Source of the DNA: Hyphomicrobiales bacterium
Lineage (GTDB): Bacteria > Pseudomonadota > Alphaproteobacteria > Rhizobiales > TMED25
DNA: 64,000 bases
NCBI GenBank assembly: GCA_029245795.1
Contig: JAQWOP010000003.1
Coordinates: forward strand, 24,633-88,632
Direction: 5' to 3'
Part shown: positions 52,663 to 63,677 of the stretch, in pieces
How the letters are laid out: every line of letters starts with the position of its first letter
How positions within the stretch are numbered: position 1 is the stretch's first letter
Notes under the pieces: generated by a model
Told to the model about the DNA's origin: nothing
Databases searched by the model: none
The model's input: the letters and a program-made list of their open reading frames with translations, nothing else
Program-made: the position numbers and the translations under genes

Positions 52663-53790
52663 CTACGATTTGTAACAATAAAGCCATTTCAGGCTATTTA
52701 AATAATTTTCACCATTAGTATTTTTAAGTATTAGATCTCTAATGATGGAAATTGGTGTAGGTGCATGAAATATATAACGATTTTGTGATGATTTATCTAT
52801 GACTCTATTTATTCTTCTTTTTCTTAGTTTTGATAAATTATGAATGTCTTGTGTCTTATTCTTAGCAATAATTAATTTAGCGAGGAAATATGCATCTTCG
52901 AGGGCCATGGCTGAACCTTGCGCTAAGTGTGGTTTAATCGAATGTGCGGCATCACCAATTACATAGATTGGGAGATTATTTTCGAGATTTAATGTTGTCT
53001 TACGGTCATATAATTGCCAGGAACTCCAATTACATTCTAAAATAAATTTTCTAACTCCCTTATCTATAGAGCTTATTTTTTTTGGATCTACTTTAAGATT
53101 ATTATCAATAAGCTTTTTATTTGAGATTAAAACAATATTTAGCTCATCATTGAAAAATGGGTAAATTACGATGTGCAATTGTTCACCAAGTATTAGGAAA
53201 ACACTATCTTTCTGGAATTCAAATGGGAGATCTATATTTTTTACATTCGTTCTTAAGGTAATATAGTTATTCTTATTATTTTCATGGGATATATTTTTAT
53301 ATATTGAATTTTTTGAATTACCATTAGCAATAATTAGATTTTCTTTTTTTATTGTTGATCCATTTTTATTAATTAAATGTATTTCCTGATTGCTATCTTC
53401 AACTTTAATAATTTCGGATTGATACCTTATGGGAGTATTGGAACTTTCAACATCTTCTCTAAGCAATCTATATAACTGATGCCTGCTAGCTGTATAATAA
53501 TTTGTTAGATTATTAGCTTTAACAAAATTTCCTATTGGCAATGAGCTGATGATTTTGAGGTTTTTTAATGATAATATTTTGATTGAATTAATTATCTTCA
53601 GACTTGGGGTTAATGATTCTAATAATCCCATTTGATCTAAAACATAGCTTGCATTTGGTGATATTTGAATTCCATAATGCTGATCTATAATTTTATTATT
53701 TTTTTCGTATATTTCATTCTGAATTCCAGATTTAGATAATATTGAACTACAGGTCAAACCTGCAATACCTGAACCAACTATAGTATACAT
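52663..53790 (-). CDS. FAD-dependent aromatic-ring monooxygenase (UbiH/Coq6/salicylate hydroxylase family)
   Basis: 375 aa. MYTIVGSGIAGLTCS (GxGxxG) and VIGDAAHSIKPHLAQGSAMALEDA. Confidence 0.78.
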   Translation of the reverse strand: MYTIVGSGIAGLTCSSILSKSGIQNEIYEKNNKIIDQHYGIQISPNASYVLDQMGLLESLTPSLKIINSIKILSLKNLKIISSLPIGNFVKANNLTNYYTASRHQLYRLLREDVESSNTPIRYQSEIIKVEDSNQEIHLINKNGSTIKKENLIIANGNSKNSIYKNISHENNKNNYITLRTNVKNIDLPFEFQKDSVFLILGEQLHIVIYPFFNDELNIVLISNKKLIDNNLKVDPKKISSIDKGVRKFILECNWSSWQLYDRKTTLNLENNLPIYVIGDAAHSIKPHLAQGSAMALEDAYFLAKLIIAKNKTQDIHNLSKLRKRRINRVIDKSSQNRYIFHAPTPISIIRDLILKNTNGENYLNSLKWLYCYKS

Positions 53791-53802
53791 GATAAGATTG
53801 AA

Positions 53803-54039
53803 TTAGTTTTCAACGTTGCAGTTTGGTGGCAAGGTTTCATTATTATTTATTTGTGTATTTAGAGTATAATTAGTTGAGCAATAGGGGCAGACAATATTAT
53901 TATTTTTCCCCATATCTAGATATATATGCGGATGATCATGTGGAGGGTTTGCACCAATACATTTAAATTTTTTGACAGGAATACCTATCTTAGCATGCCC
54001 ATCAGTATTTTGAAAATAACGTATTTGAATATCAGCCAT
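53803..54039 (-). CDS. Zinc-finger (zf-CHCC, NDUFS6-like) small protein
   Basis: 78 aa. HPHIYLDMGKNNNIVCPYCSTNY matches the zf-CHCC pattern common in alphaproteobacteria. Confidence 0.65.
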   Translation of the reverse strand: MADIQIRYFQNTDGHAKIGIPVKKFKCIGANPPHDHPHIYLDMGKNNNIVCPYCSTNYTLNTQINNNETLPPNCNVEN

Positions 54040-54205
54040 TTATTACTCCTATTTTTTTATAATATTTCATTTTACTAAAAATATAAATAACATTATTAAT
54101 ATTTGAACTAATTTGATTAAATTTTTAATTAACTATATATTTAGTGTAAGATAGTAAATTAATTTTTACTGTGTATATATTGCTTTAAAGAATAAGAGTA
54201 TTGAG

Positions 54206-55042
54206 ATGCCACAAAATAATAACTTAAAAACAAACACTGAAGAATTAAGTGATGTTGATCCTATTTGGGATAATATAAGAGCAGAAGCAAAAGATGCTTC
54301 ATCTAAAGATCCAATGACATCGAGCTTTATGTATTCATTAATTCTAGGTCAAAAGTCTCTTGAAAACGTATTGTCTTTACATTTATCAAAACTATTAGAA
54401 ACAATATCTTTAGAAGACCGATTAATAAAAGAATTATTTGATGAGTTCTATTCAATAGACTCGCAAATTAAACAGGTCATTAGAGCAGATATATCTGCAG
54501 TTTATGATAGAGATCCTGCTTGTCACAGGTATTTGGAGCCTGTTATATATTTCAAAGGTTTCCAAGCGCTACAAACTCATAGGTTAGCAAATTGGTTATG
54601 GACGAACAACAGAAATGAATTTGCATATTACTTACAAAGTATTTCATCAAGGATTTTCTCTGTTGATATTCATCCTGCTGCGAAGTTTGGTAGAGGTATT
54701 TTTATTGATCATGCAACCGGAATTGTAATAGGAGAAACTGCTGAAGTAGACGACAATGTTTCTATGCTTCATGATGTAACTCTAGGCGGAACAGGAAAAA
54801 AATGTGGAGATAGGCATCCAAAGATAAAGAGTGGAGTTTTAATTGGTGCTGGGGCAAAAATACTTGGGAATATAGATATTGGAGTTTCTGCTAGGATTGC
54901 AGCTGGTAGTGTGGTACTTCATGATGTTCCTGATGGTACAACTGTCGCTGGTGTCCCAGCTAAGGTTATTGCAAATAATGATATAGATTTCCCATCACAA
55001 CATATGGATCATTTATTACCATCACATGATTCGAACAAATAG
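54206..55042 (+). CDS. cysE: Serine O-acetyltransferase
   Basis: 278 aa. SATase N-domain, then hexapeptide repeats GIFIDHATGIVIGETAEV and DRHPKIKSGVLIGAGAKILG. Confidence 0.93.
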   Translation: MPQNNNLKTNTEELSDVDPIWDNIRAEAKDASSKDPMTSSFMYSLILGQKSLENVLSLHLSKLLETISLEDRLIKELFDEFYSIDSQIKQVIRADISAVYDRDPACHRYLEPVIYFKGFQALQTHRLANWLWTNNRNEFAYYLQSISSRIFSVDIHPAAKFGRGIFIDHATGIVIGETAEVDDNVSMLHDVTLGGTGKKCGDRHPKIKSGVLIGAGAKILGNIDIGVSARIAAGSVVLHDVPDGTTVAGVPAKVIANNDIDFPSQHMDHLLPSHDSNK

Positions 55043-55059
55043 CTAATAGGAATTTGGAT

Positions 55060-55266
55060 ATGGATAAAAAAGAGAGCCAAAGAATACAAGAATATTTACA
55101 AGATAAATTTCAATCAAAGGTGATAAGGGTAGTTGAAAGACCTAAAAAAGATGATTCAATGGAAGTTTTTATAGAAGATGAGTTTATAGGTGTAATATTT
55201 CGTGATGATGAAGATGGAGAAGTCTCTTATTCTTTTAATATGGCTATATTAGACATAGATTTATAA
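55060..55266 (+). CDS. DUF3126-like small protein
   Basis: KKESQRIQEYLQDKF...VFIEDEFIGVIFRDDEDGEVSYSFNMAILDIDL. As I recall, this family typically follows cysE in alphaproteobacteria. ATG 55060 (AGGAA upstream) is preferred over the track's TTG 55054. Confidence 0.7.
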   Translation: MDKKESQRIQEYLQDKFQSKVIRVVERPKKDDSMEVFIEDEFIGVIFRDDEDGEVSYSFNMAILDIDL

Positions 55267-55743
55267 TTTCGTTGGATTTTCTTGACCTTGATAAACTATT
55301 TCTGGGTCAAACAATTTTTTATCTTCTTCAAAATTAAGCTCAATTACACCATTTTTATCTAAATGCACAGATCTGTAAAAGCAGGATCTATATCCCACAT
55401 GGCAACTAGCTCCAACGCCAGATACTTCTACAATTAACCATATTGTATCCTGATCATCGTCAACTCGAATACTAATAACTTTTTGTATTAGGCCTGAAGT
55501 TTTACCTTTATGCCACAGACATTTTCTAGATCTACTCCAGTAATAGGCTTCTTTATTTTCCAGAGTTAATTGCAAGGATTCTTTGTTCATATAACCATGC
55601 ATTAGAACTTCTCCACTCTCAGATGAGGAGGTTATAACTGGAATAAGACCATTGTCATCGAATTTTGGTGAAAAGATTTGGCCTTCTTCGACCTCAAATA
55701 TATTATCTCTTTTTCCAAAGCTTATATTTGAATTTTTAGCCAT
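55261..55743 (-). CDS. hisI: Phosphoribosyl-AMP cyclohydrolase
   Basis: 160 aa. WSRSRKCLWHKGKTSG, DDDQDTIWL, SCHVGYRSCFY. Its 3' end overlaps the convergent DUF3126 gene by 6 nt. Confidence 0.9.
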   Translation of the reverse strand: MAKNSNISFGKRDNIFEVEEGQIFSPKFDDNGLIPVITSSSESGEVLMHGYMNKESLQLTLENKEAYYWSRSRKCLWHKGKTSGLIQKVISIRVDDDQDTIWLIVEVSGVGASCHVGYRSCFYRSVHLDKNGVIELNFEEDKKLFDPEIVYQGQENPTKL

Positions 55744-55748
55744 AATTT

Positions 55749-56357
55749 TTAATTATTTGTTAATTTCATGAATCTCTCTCGAAGATTTTCATTAGTATCA
55801 AATTCTCCTGTAAACCTAGTAGTAATAGTTGATACGTCATGTTTTTTGACACCTCTAAGTGACATACACATGTGTTCAGCATCAATTATAACGGCTACAC
55901 CCCTTGGTTTGAGAGATTGATCAATAGCATTTGTAATCTCAGCAGTCATTGTTTCTTGTGTTTGCAAACGATGCGCATATACATCAACTAATCTTGCTAA
56001 TTTTGAGATACCAACAACTCTATCGGAAGGTAAATATGCAATATGAGCTTTTCCAATAAATGGAGCCATATGATGTTCACAGAAAGAGTTAAAAGATATA
56101 TCTTTTAAAAGCACAATATCATTATAACCCCCAACATCAGTAAATGTTTTCTTTAAGACTTGATCACCAGCAATATTATATCCATTAAAATACTCTTCAT
56201 ATGCATCTATAAATCTTCTAGGTGTTTCAACTAAACCTTCTCTATCAGGATTTTCTCCAATCCATGCTAATATTGTTCTGACAGCATCTTCTGCTTCTTC
56301 TCTTGAAGGGATGGAAGGAGTTGTTTTAAAGTTTGTGATTTTTGACTCTTTTTCCAT
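55749..56357 (-). CDS. folE: GTP cyclohydrolase I
   Basis: FCEHHMAPFIGKAHIAY, HRLQTQE. The track start is TTG 56372; ATG 56357 with GGAGAC 8 nt upstream is preferred. Confidence 0.95.
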   Translation of the reverse strand: MEKESKITNFKTTPSIPSREEAEDAVRTILAWIGENPDREGLVETPRRFIDAYEEYFNGYNIAGDQVLKKTFTDVGGYNDIVLLKDISFNSFCEHHMAPFIGKAHIAYLPSDRVVGISKLARLVDVYAHRLQTQETMTAEITNAIDQSLKPRGVAVIIDAEHMCMSLRGVKKHDVSTITTRFTGEFDTNENLRERFMKLTNN

Positions 56358-56506
56358 AAGGGAAGTCTCCAAGTTAGTTATTAATTTGTATTTATACTTA
56401 AAAGTTGAATATATGTTATAATCTATTATTTATCAATATATGTATGTTAATTCAAAATACAATTTTTAAGTGGTATATTTTATAAATTAGGTACGAAAGA
56501 GCCCCC

Positions 56507-56935
56507 ATGCTAGATGATATTTATAATATGAAAATTATTGAATTGGCTTCAAATATTGCTAACTTAGGACGCTTGGATAATCCCGATGCAACTGCAACTA
56601 AAGTTAGCAGACTTTGTGGCTCTAAGGTTACAGTAGATATTATTATAAAAAGTAATGTTGTAGTTGAATTTGCTCATGATGTTAAGGCATGTGCTTTGGG
56701 CCAAGCTTCATCATCAATTATGGCAAAAAATATTATTGGGTCATCAAAAGAAGAATTATTTTTAATATCCAAAACGATGGAAAAGATGCTAAAGAATGAT
56801 GGTCCTGTTCCTGAGGGTAGATGGTCTGAGCTTGCTTTTTTACAACCTGTCAAAGATTATAAATCTAGACATTCATCTACAATGCTCACATTTGAAGCTG
56901 TGAATGAAGCCTTAAATAATATTAAACAAAAGTAG
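56507..56935 (+). CDS. NifU/IscU-N-terminal-like Fe-S cluster scaffold-family protein
   Basis: 142 aa. RLCGSKVTVD, VKACALGQASSS, and a conserved-looking C-terminal SRHSS. The exact subfamily is uncertain. Confidence 0.65.
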   Translation: MLDDIYNMKIIELASNIANLGRLDNPDATATKVSRLCGSKVTVDIIIKSNVVVEFAHDVKACALGQASSSIMAKNIIGSSKEELFLISKTMEKMLKNDGPVPEGRWSELAFLQPVKDYKSRHSSTMLTFEAVNEALNNIKQK

Positions 56936-56946
56936 TAATCTAAATA

Positions 56947-57231
56947 ATGAAAAATATTATTTCATTACCTTTCATCTTACTAATTAAGTTATACCAATAT
57001 TCATTCTCCTATTTTTTAGGTAATCGATGTAGATACCAGCCAACATGTTCTAATTATGCTTTGGAGGCGATAAAGAGATTTGGTATTTGGTCAGGGGGGT
57101 GGTTATTCTTATATAGATTTTTTAGATGTCATCCTTTAGCTGGCCATGGATATGATCCAGTACCAGAAGCGCTCCCGAAACATACTGTTTGGTTCAAACC
57201 CTGGAGCTATAAAATAAAAAAAAATGATTGA
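56947..57231 (+). CDS. yidD: Membrane protein insertion efficiency factor YidD
   Basis: 94 aa. CRYQPTCSNYALEAIKRFG, RCHPLAGHGYDPVP. Confidence 0.9.
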   Translation: MKNIISLPFILLIKLYQYSFSYFLGNRCRYQPTCSNYALEAIKRFGIWSGGWLFLYRFFRCHPLAGHGYDPVPEALPKHTVWFKPWSYKIKKND

Positions 57232-57300
57232 TTATGTGGTAAAATTTATTATTAATACAAATATGACTTACCTGATTTGTTAACAGCGATTGAGTAGAAT

Positions 57301-59223
57301 ATGTATAAATACACACTTTTAGATGGATCCCAGAGAGAGTTTGAAAATCAATTATCTGGCTTAGAACTGGCAAAATCAATTTCAGAGTCACTCTCAAAAA
57401 AAATAATAGCAATTAAAATTAACAATGAATTAGCAGATTTAAATGATCTACTGCCTAATAATTGCAAAATAGAATTAATTACAAAAGATCATGTCGATGC
57501 TCTTCAGTTAATAAGGCATGATTGTGCCCATGTTCTTGCAGAAGCTGTACAAAATATCTTTCCCGACACACAAGTGACTATTGGTCCTGTTATTGAAAAT
57601 GGTTTTTATTATGATTTTTTCCGTGAAGAGTCATTTAAACCTGAGGATTTGAGTAAGATTGAAAAAAAGATGCATGAAATCATCTCACGAAATGAGAGAT
57701 TTGTAAAAAAAGAAGTTTCAAGAGATGATGCAATTAAAATATTTAAAGAAAGACAAGAAGAATATAAAATTGAACTAGTAAAAGATATTCCCGAAAATGA
57801 TAGTATAAAGATATATTCACAGGGTGCATGGTTTGATCTTTGTAGAGGACCCCATATGGTCTCAACAGGTCAAATAGGCAAAGCTTTTAAATTAATGAAG
57901 ATTGCAGGAGCATATTGGCGAGGAGACTCTAATAATGTAATGCTACAAAGGATATATGGGACCGCTTGGTCAAATGTAGAAGAGCTAAATTCTTATATTA
58001 ATATGTTAGAAGAAGCTGAAAAAAGAGACCACAGAAAATTAGGTAGAGAAATGGACTTATACCATTTTCAAGAAGAGGCGCCAGGTTCTGTCTTTTGGCA
58101 TAAAAAAGGCTGGAAACTATTTACAGAATTAATTGATTATATGAAGCGAAAGGGGTTCAAGGCAGGTTATCTTGAAGTTAATACCCCAGATATGTTAGAT
58201 CGTTCTCTTTGGGAAAAATCTGGTCATTGGGAAAAATTTGGAGATAATATGTTCACCAGCACTACACCTGACGACAAGATTTTTGCATTAAAACCCATGA
58301 ACTGTCCAGGCCATGTTCAAATATTCAAAAATGGTCTCAAGAGTTATAGAGAGCTTCCAATAAAATATGCTGAGTTTGGTAAGGTTCATAGATATGAGCC
58401 ATCGGGAGCTCTTCATGGTCTGATGAGAGTTAGACATTTCACTCAAGATGATGGGCATATTTTCTTAACAGAAGAACAGATAAAAGATGAATGCATAAAA
58501 GTTCATGAATTAATTTTATCAATTTATAAAGATTTTGGTTTTGATAATATAGTAGTAAAATTCTCAGACAGACCTGAAAAGAGAGTGGGAGATGACACTA
58601 TATGGGATAAGGCAGAAAAAGCATTGATTGAAGCGGTGGAGAGTACAAATCAACAATATGAGTTAAATCCAGGTGAAGGTGCTTTTTATGGTCCAAAACT
58701 TGAGTATGTATTAAGAGATGCTATAGGACGAGATTGGCAATGTGGAACGCTCCAAGTTGATTTCAACCTCCCAGGTAGACTTGGTTCATTTTATATTGGA
58801 AGTGACGGAGAAAAGCATGTACCTGTCATGTTACATAGAGCAATTTTTGGCTCATTAGAAAGATTTACAGGCATATTAATTGAACATTATGCTGGTAAAC
58901 TTCCTCTCTGGATATCTCCTGTTCAAGTTTCAATACTAACCATTAGTTCTCACTCAAATGAGTACGCTCAAATGATACATGATTATTGTTTAACGAATAA
59001 TATAAGAGTTGAGCTTGATATAAGAAATGAAAAGATAAGCTATAAGATTCGTGAGCATATTTCAGTTAAAATACCAATACTTTTTATTATAGGTCAAAAA
59101 GAAGTAGATGATAAAACTGTTACAATAAGAGAAATTGGTGATAATGAGCAAAAAACGCTAGCACTCGAGGAAGCAGTGAAACAAATAAAACAAAGAATAA
59201 TACCACCTGATCTTATCGATTAA
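57301..59223 (+). CDS. thrS: Threonine--tRNA ligase
   Basis: 640 aa. TGS domain, editing [11 protein letters not shown], class II motifs [10 protein letters not shown] and FTQDDGHIF. Confidence 0.99.
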   Translation: MYKYTLLDGSQREFENQLSGLELAKSISESLSKKIIAIKINNELADLNDLLPNNCKIELITKDHVDALQLIRHDCAHVLAEAVQNIFPDTQVTIGPVIENGFYYDFFREESFKPEDLSKIEKKMHEIISRNERFVKKEVSRDDAIKIFKERQEEYKIELVKDIPENDSIKIYSQGAWFDLCRGPHMVSTGQIGKAFKLMKIAGAYWRGDSNNVMLQRIYGTAWSNVEELNSYINMLEEAEKRDHRKLGREMDLYHFQEEAPGSVFWHKKGWKLFTELIDYMKRKGFKAGYLEVNTPDMLDRSLWEKSGHWEKFGDNMFTSTTPDDKIFALKPMNCPGHVQIFKNGLKSYRELPIKYAEFGKVHRYEPSGALHGLMRVRHFTQDDGHIFLTEEQIKDECIKVHELILSIYKDFGFDNIVVKFSDRPEKRVGDDTIWDKAEKALIEAVESTNQQYELNPGEGAFYGPKLEYVLRDAIGRDWQCGTLQVDFNLPGRLGSFYIGSDGEKHVPVMLHRAIFGSLERFTGILIEHYAGKLPLWISPVQVSILTISSHSNEYAQMIHDYCLTNNIRVELDIRNEKISYKIREHISVKIPILFIIGQKEVDDKTVTIREIGDNEQKTLALEEAVKQIKQRIIPPDLID

Positions 59224-59987
59224 GTCATGAACTGTTCTCGAATTATTCTCTCTTCTAAATTATGATTAGGATCAAACATAATCCTCAATTTTTTTGATTC
59301 ATCATTAGATATTATGATTTTCTTTGCATCTTTGATCTCATGATTATCAGCTGTGGCATTAACTTTTCTATATTCTGGGTCTAAAACCTCTATTTCAACT
59401 TGTGAATTTATATCAATAAGGGCTCCTTTCCATCGTCTTGGGCGAAAAGGGCTAGTAGGTGTCAGAGCCATAAGTCTTGCATTAATTGGTAATATTGGTC
59501 CATCAGCCGATAAATTGTAAGCAGTGCTTCCTGCTGGTGTTGATATTAATAGTCCATCAGATATCAATTCTTTTAATCGGACGGTTTTATTGATTGAAAT
59601 ATTTAATTTTGCTGCTTGATAAGTTGTTCTTGATAGAGCAACCTCATTTATAGCAATCTCAGAATATTCTTTGCCCTTAATATCTGTTACTAACATTTTT
59701 AAGGGATTTATCTCTGTGATCTCTGAATTATTTAACTTTTCATATAGGCCATCGAATTCTAAAGCATTCATTAGAAATCCAATTGATCCACAGTTCATAC
59801 CATAGATTGGAATACCAGAATGGATGAACTTATGAAGCACCTGTAGCATTAAACCATCTCCTCCAAGCGCAACAATTATTTTGGCTTCTTTTGTGGGTGT
59901 ATTCCCATAAAGTTTTACTAGTTTGTTTTTTGCATCAGTTGCTTGTTTCGTATCACTAGATAAAAAAGATATTTTCATTTCTGTCAT
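59220..59987 (-). CDS. nadK: NAD+ kinase
   Basis: 255 aa. [29 protein letters not shown]. Its 3' end overlaps thrS by 4 nt. Confidence 0.92.
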   Translation of the reverse strand: MTEMKISFLSSDTKQATDAKNKLVKLYGNTPTKEAKIIVALGGDGLMLQVLHKFIHSGIPIYGMNCGSIGFLMNALEFDGLYEKLNNSEITEINPLKMLVTDIKGKEYSEIAINEVALSRTTYQAAKLNISINKTVRLKELISDGLLISTPAGSTAYNLSADGPILPINARLMALTPTSPFRPRRWKGALIDINSQVEIEVLDPEYRKVNATADNHEIKDAKKIIISNDESKKLRIMFDPNHNLEERIIREQFMT

Positions 59988-60109
59988 TTTTCTCTCAAAA
60001 AAACATTTTATTTTATTGTTTCAATTATTTAGACAACAATCTAAAATAGCACATGTATTAAAAGAACTGAATTAGAAAATACAAGTAGACTAGGATATAA
60101 GAAAAAAAG

Positions 60110-61075
60110 ATGAAAAAAATTGGTATTATTGGTTGTGGAAGGCAAGCACCAAAACACATTAAAGGTTATCTTGAAAATGGTATAACAGATATTTTTGTAT
60201 CAGATATTCTCAATGATAAGGCTCAAGATATTGCAACTGAATTTGGAATAAAATGTATGGATATTGACGAGCTAATTAGTTCAAGAGAAATAGTTAGTTA
60301 CTCAGTATGTACTCCACCAAACACTCACGATGAGATAATTGAAAAGTTGATTCTGAATAATAAGAATTTTTTATGTGAGAAGCCAATTTCTTTGAGTATA
60401 GATAGTCTCAATAGATTCATCAAAATGACAAAAAGAAATCACACAATAGCAATGGGAGGGTATATATATAAATTTTCACCTGCATATAAAAATTTAAGAA
60501 AACTTATACATCAAAAAAAAGAACTTAGCATTAATAATGCATATCTTAGAGTGGCAAGTCCTGGCTCTGACTCTCCGTGGCAATATTCAAAATTGGATGG
60601 TGGGGGGGTGATAAATGAATTAGTTGTCCATATGATTGATCTTGTTCAGTGGTGTTTTGGGCCAATAAAAGAAATCAAGTTTATAAAAAAAGATATCTAT
60701 TTACCTAATAGAAAAACTAAATTTGATAATATCAAAATAGATGCTGAGGATTATATTTTTATAAAATTAATGACAGAAGGGAATATAAATATTGATATAG
60801 AAGCAGATCTTATTTCAAAAGAATTTGTACAATTTTTAGAAATTAATAATAAAAGTTTTTATACATTTTGTTCAATCCAGCCTAATCTTCCATTATGGAT
60901 AAATAATAAGATGGACAATAATAAAGTAATTAAATATTTTGACTTTCAAAACCTTTATATCTCACAAATCAAATACTTTCTAGATTGTGTGGATAGAAAA
61001 ATACCTCATTCAATATCAACACTTGAGGAGTCAACAAGCATTTGTAATATTATTGATCAATTAAAAGAAAATTAG
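60110..61075 (+). CDS. Gfo/Idh/MocA-family oxidoreductase (divergent, very K/N/I-rich)
   Basis: 321 aa. KKIGIIGCGRQAPKH, FLCEKPISL. Confidence 0.75.
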   Translation: MKKIGIIGCGRQAPKHIKGYLENGITDIFVSDILNDKAQDIATEFGIKCMDIDELISSREIVSYSVCTPPNTHDEIIEKLILNNKNFLCEKPISLSIDSLNRFIKMTKRNHTIAMGGYIYKFSPAYKNLRKLIHQKKELSINNAYLRVASPGSDSPWQYSKLDGGGVINELVVHMIDLVQWCFGPIKEIKFIKKDIYLPNRKTKFDNIKIDAEDYIFIKLMTEGNINIDIEADLISKEFVQFLEINNKSFYTFCSIQPNLPLWINNKMDNNKVIKYFDFQNLYISQIKYFLDCVDRKIPHSISTLEESTSICNIIDQLKEN

Positions 61076-62067
61076 ACTTTAGATAGGATATTTTCAGCAT
61101 TTTCATGACATAGTTTTCGAATATCTTCATCCGATATCTTCGTATTTTTTAGCCATTGCAATGGCTTTTTGACTCCCATATCAGCTGGAAAATCAGTCCC
61201 CAGAAGTATTTGATCAGAACCTAAAATGTCTATGACCTGATTTAACCCAACATCTGAGTGTGTTATTGTATCATAATAAAACTGACTTAAATATTCTGAT
61301 GGTTTTTTAACAAGGCATTCATTGACATCCTGTCTTGTGTTATAAGCATGGTCAAATCTTCCAATAGCAAATGGCAAATAACCTCCAGCATGCGATAAGC
61401 ATATCTTAATTTTAGGAAGTTTATCCATAAAACCTGAAAAAATTAAATTTGCAGCAGCTGTTGTTGTTTCCATGGGATTGCCAATTAAATTAATCAAATG
61501 ATAATCACCCATTATAGCATTTGCTCTTGTTGAAAGTGGATGCAATAAAATAAAAGCACCAAGTTTTTCTGCTTCTTTTAGAATCTCTAATAGATGATCT
61601 TGATTAAGGTTTTGATGATCGATATGTGAGCCAATAATTACCCCATTCAAATGTAAGTCATTCATAATACGATAAAGTTCAGAAATTGACTTTTCAGGAT
61701 CTTTTATTGGAATTGTTCCTAATCCTTGGTATCTATCTGGCCTTGCACTTACAGCTTCGGCAATTTCATCATTCACTACAGCGCATGCATCAGATGCAAT
61801 TTGGATAGGATCACTATCCCTTAATAATTGAGGATTAAGAGATAGCAATTGCATATCAACTTCAGCTTCATCCATGAGTACAATTCTGTCATTATAAGAT
61901 AGCCAATATTCTGGAGTACTCATTACGTTTTTTCTTTTTCCTGTAGTTAAAATAGTTCTACCTTCATCAGTTCTTTCTATTTTTGTACCAAACCAATCTT
62001 TGTTTTTACTGTGAGCATCACGTAGTGATGCGGGGAGAATATGGGAGTGAATGTCAATTACTTTCAT
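61072..62067 (-). CDS. Amidohydrolase_2 (ACMSD-like metal-dependent decarboxylase/hydrolase) family protein
   Basis: 331 aa. VIDIHSHILP, ILLHPL, CLSHAGGYLP, LLGTDFP (the H-x-H...H...D metal ligand set). Confidence 0.8.
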   Translation of the reverse strand: MKVIDIHSHILPASLRDAHSKNKDWFGTKIERTDEGRTILTTGKRKNVMSTPEYWLSYNDRIVLMDEAEVDMQLLSLNPQLLRDSDPIQIASDACAVVNDEIAEAVSARPDRYQGLGTIPIKDPEKSISELYRIMNDLHLNGVIIGSHIDHQNLNQDHLLEILKEAEKLGAFILLHPLSTRANAIMGDYHLINLIGNPMETTTAAANLIFSGFMDKLPKIKICLSHAGGYLPFAIGRFDHAYNTRQDVNECLVKKPSEYLSQFYYDTITHSDVGLNQVIDILGSDQILLGTDFPADMGVKKPLQWLKNTKISDEDIRKLCHENAENILSKV

Positions 62068-62072
62068 TTTTT

Positions 62073-63149
62073 TTACTCAATATTTACGTTAGTATTAGAT
62101 CTTATAGATTCCTCAATTCCATGGGTAATTTTTAAATTTAGGAGCCCTTCTTCACCGGTTGTATTTGGACAATTAATTCCTTGAGAAATAAAATCAAGCC
62201 AGGATCTTGTTTCATCTGCAAATGGTCCCCAATATTTATTTAATGCCCAGTTACCAGATGCGTTACTTGTAAGCAAAGCCATCTCTGTGTTGGTATCCAC
62301 ATAGGCATGGTGCATTCCATGTTCAGAAAATCCAATATGCTCTTTTCTATCATCGTCAAAAAACAGAACACCATCTTCGCCAATTATTTCTGCTCTTACC
62401 AACCTTCCGTGAGAAGGGTAATTCTTTGGAAGGGCATAACCCATTGATAAATTTACAATAGTTCCATCTTCATATGTAATAATTGCTGCAGCTATTTCAT
62501 CAACATCATATCCTTCTTTTCGATAGATTGTACCATGTCCTTTCGCAATAATTTCTTTTGGTTTTTTATCTCCCATGTACCAACCAAATAAATCCACAAG
62601 GTATGTGAGTGCATCATTTACAAAAGATATATGTTCTGATCTTTTTAAAATTTCAGATCCAGTTCTCTGTGTATTATAAAATCTTCCGACGCAAGATAAA
62701 ATATTTCCAATTTTTTTATCTAAGATTTGTTGTTTTCCAATAAGAAAATGCCTATTAAATCTCAGAGTGTATCCAACGTGTAAGCTGGTATTATTTCTAT
62801 TTGCAGCTTCCACCATCTTTTTTGCATCATCTATAGATAGAGCAATTGGTTTTTCAACTAGTACTGGTTTACCTCTCTCAAGAGCTTGTAGAACTGGATT
62901 TAAGTGTTCTGGTTCACTCGTTGATACAATTAAGGCATGGATGTTATCATTATTGATTATTTCTTCATTATTTGAACTAACCAGATCTGCATTTATTTTT
63001 TCTCCTAAAGATTTTGCTTTATTTATTTCTTTATCAGAGACACCAATATACTTTACGGATCCATATGCTCTACTTACTGAAGACCTTAAATTACCCATCC
63101 TACCTGAGCCAATAATTCCTATTCCAATTTCTTGATGATTTTGTTTCAT
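62073..63149 (-). CDS. Gfo/Idh/MocA-family oxidoreductase (same subfamily as 11597..13762)
   Basis: 358 aa. IGIIGSGRMGNLR, VLVEKPIAL, VGYTLRFNRHF. C-terminal EDGTIVNLSMGYALPKNYP parallels DDGTVVTVGAGWVLPPSYP and DDGTIWSMNISWALPEVWP in the tandem pair. Confidence 0.82.
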   Translation of the reverse strand: MKQNHQEIGIGIIGSGRMGNLRSSVSRAYGSVKYIGVSDKEINKAKSLGEKINADLVSSNNEEIINNDNIHALIVSTSEPEHLNPVLQALERGKPVLVEKPIALSIDDAKKMVEAANRNNTSLHVGYTLRFNRHFLIGKQQILDKKIGNILSCVGRFYNTQRTGSEILKRSEHISFVNDALTYLVDLFGWYMGDKKPKEIIAKGHGTIYRKEGYDVDEIAAAIITYEDGTIVNLSMGYALPKNYPSHGRLVRAEIIGEDGVLFFDDDRKEHIGFSEHGMHHAYVDTNTEMALLTSNASGNWALNKYWGPFADETRSWLDFISQGINCPNTTGEEGLLNLKITHGIEESIRSNTNVNIE

Positions 63150-63257
63150 TATTATTTAAATTCAATAATTATATGTATAATATTTATATAACTTATATTG
63201 AAATCTATAAAATATAAAAATAAAAATAAATTATAATCAAATTATATGGAGGATATT

Positions 63258-63671
63258 ATGTCAGTAGACGATAGTTACGTTAAGGGTCTTAAAAAAATGA
63301 AAGAAATGGGTCGAGAAGATACCATGCTCAATCAAAGAAAAATATCAGAGGATATGTACAAATTATCCGTTGGTGCTTTATTTGGAGATATATGGAATAG
63401 ACCGCATTTATCTCTAAGAGATCGTCAATTAATAACGATGGCTGCAAATGTTGCTCTAGCAAGGCCACATGGTACTCATACGCATTATAAGAGTGCTCAT
63501 CATATTGGGATAAGCCACGAAGAAATTTGTGAGGTAATAATGCATGTGGGAATGTATGGTGGATGGCCTTGCATTGCGCATGCAACAGAACAATACCTCG
63601 AGGTACTTAAAGAAAGAGGTGATCCAATGGCTGATGCAAAGCCAACTCGAGATAAAATTGATGGAGAATAA
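63258..63671 (+). CDS. Carboxymuconolactone decarboxylase (CMD/AhpD-like) family protein
   Basis: FGDIWNRPHLSLRDRQLITMA. GGAGGA sits 5 nt before ATG 63258 (the track start 63246 lies inside the Shine-Dalgarno sequence). Confidence 0.8.
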   Translation: MSVDDSYVKGLKKMKEMGREDTMLNQRKISEDMYKLSVGALFGDIWNRPHLSLRDRQLITMAANVALARPHGTHTHYKSAHHIGISHEEICEVIMHVGMYGGWPCIAHATEQYLEVLKERGDPMADAKPTRDKIDGE

Positions 63672-63677
63672 CTGGGA

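Noticed and set aside
52566-53790. tRNA-Leu as an integration hotspot marking a genomic island
   Set aside because: There is no integrase, no direct repeat of the tRNA 3' end that I could find downstream, and the flanking genes (gpt, FAD monooxygenase, zf-CHCC, cysE) look like core alphaproteobacterial genes.
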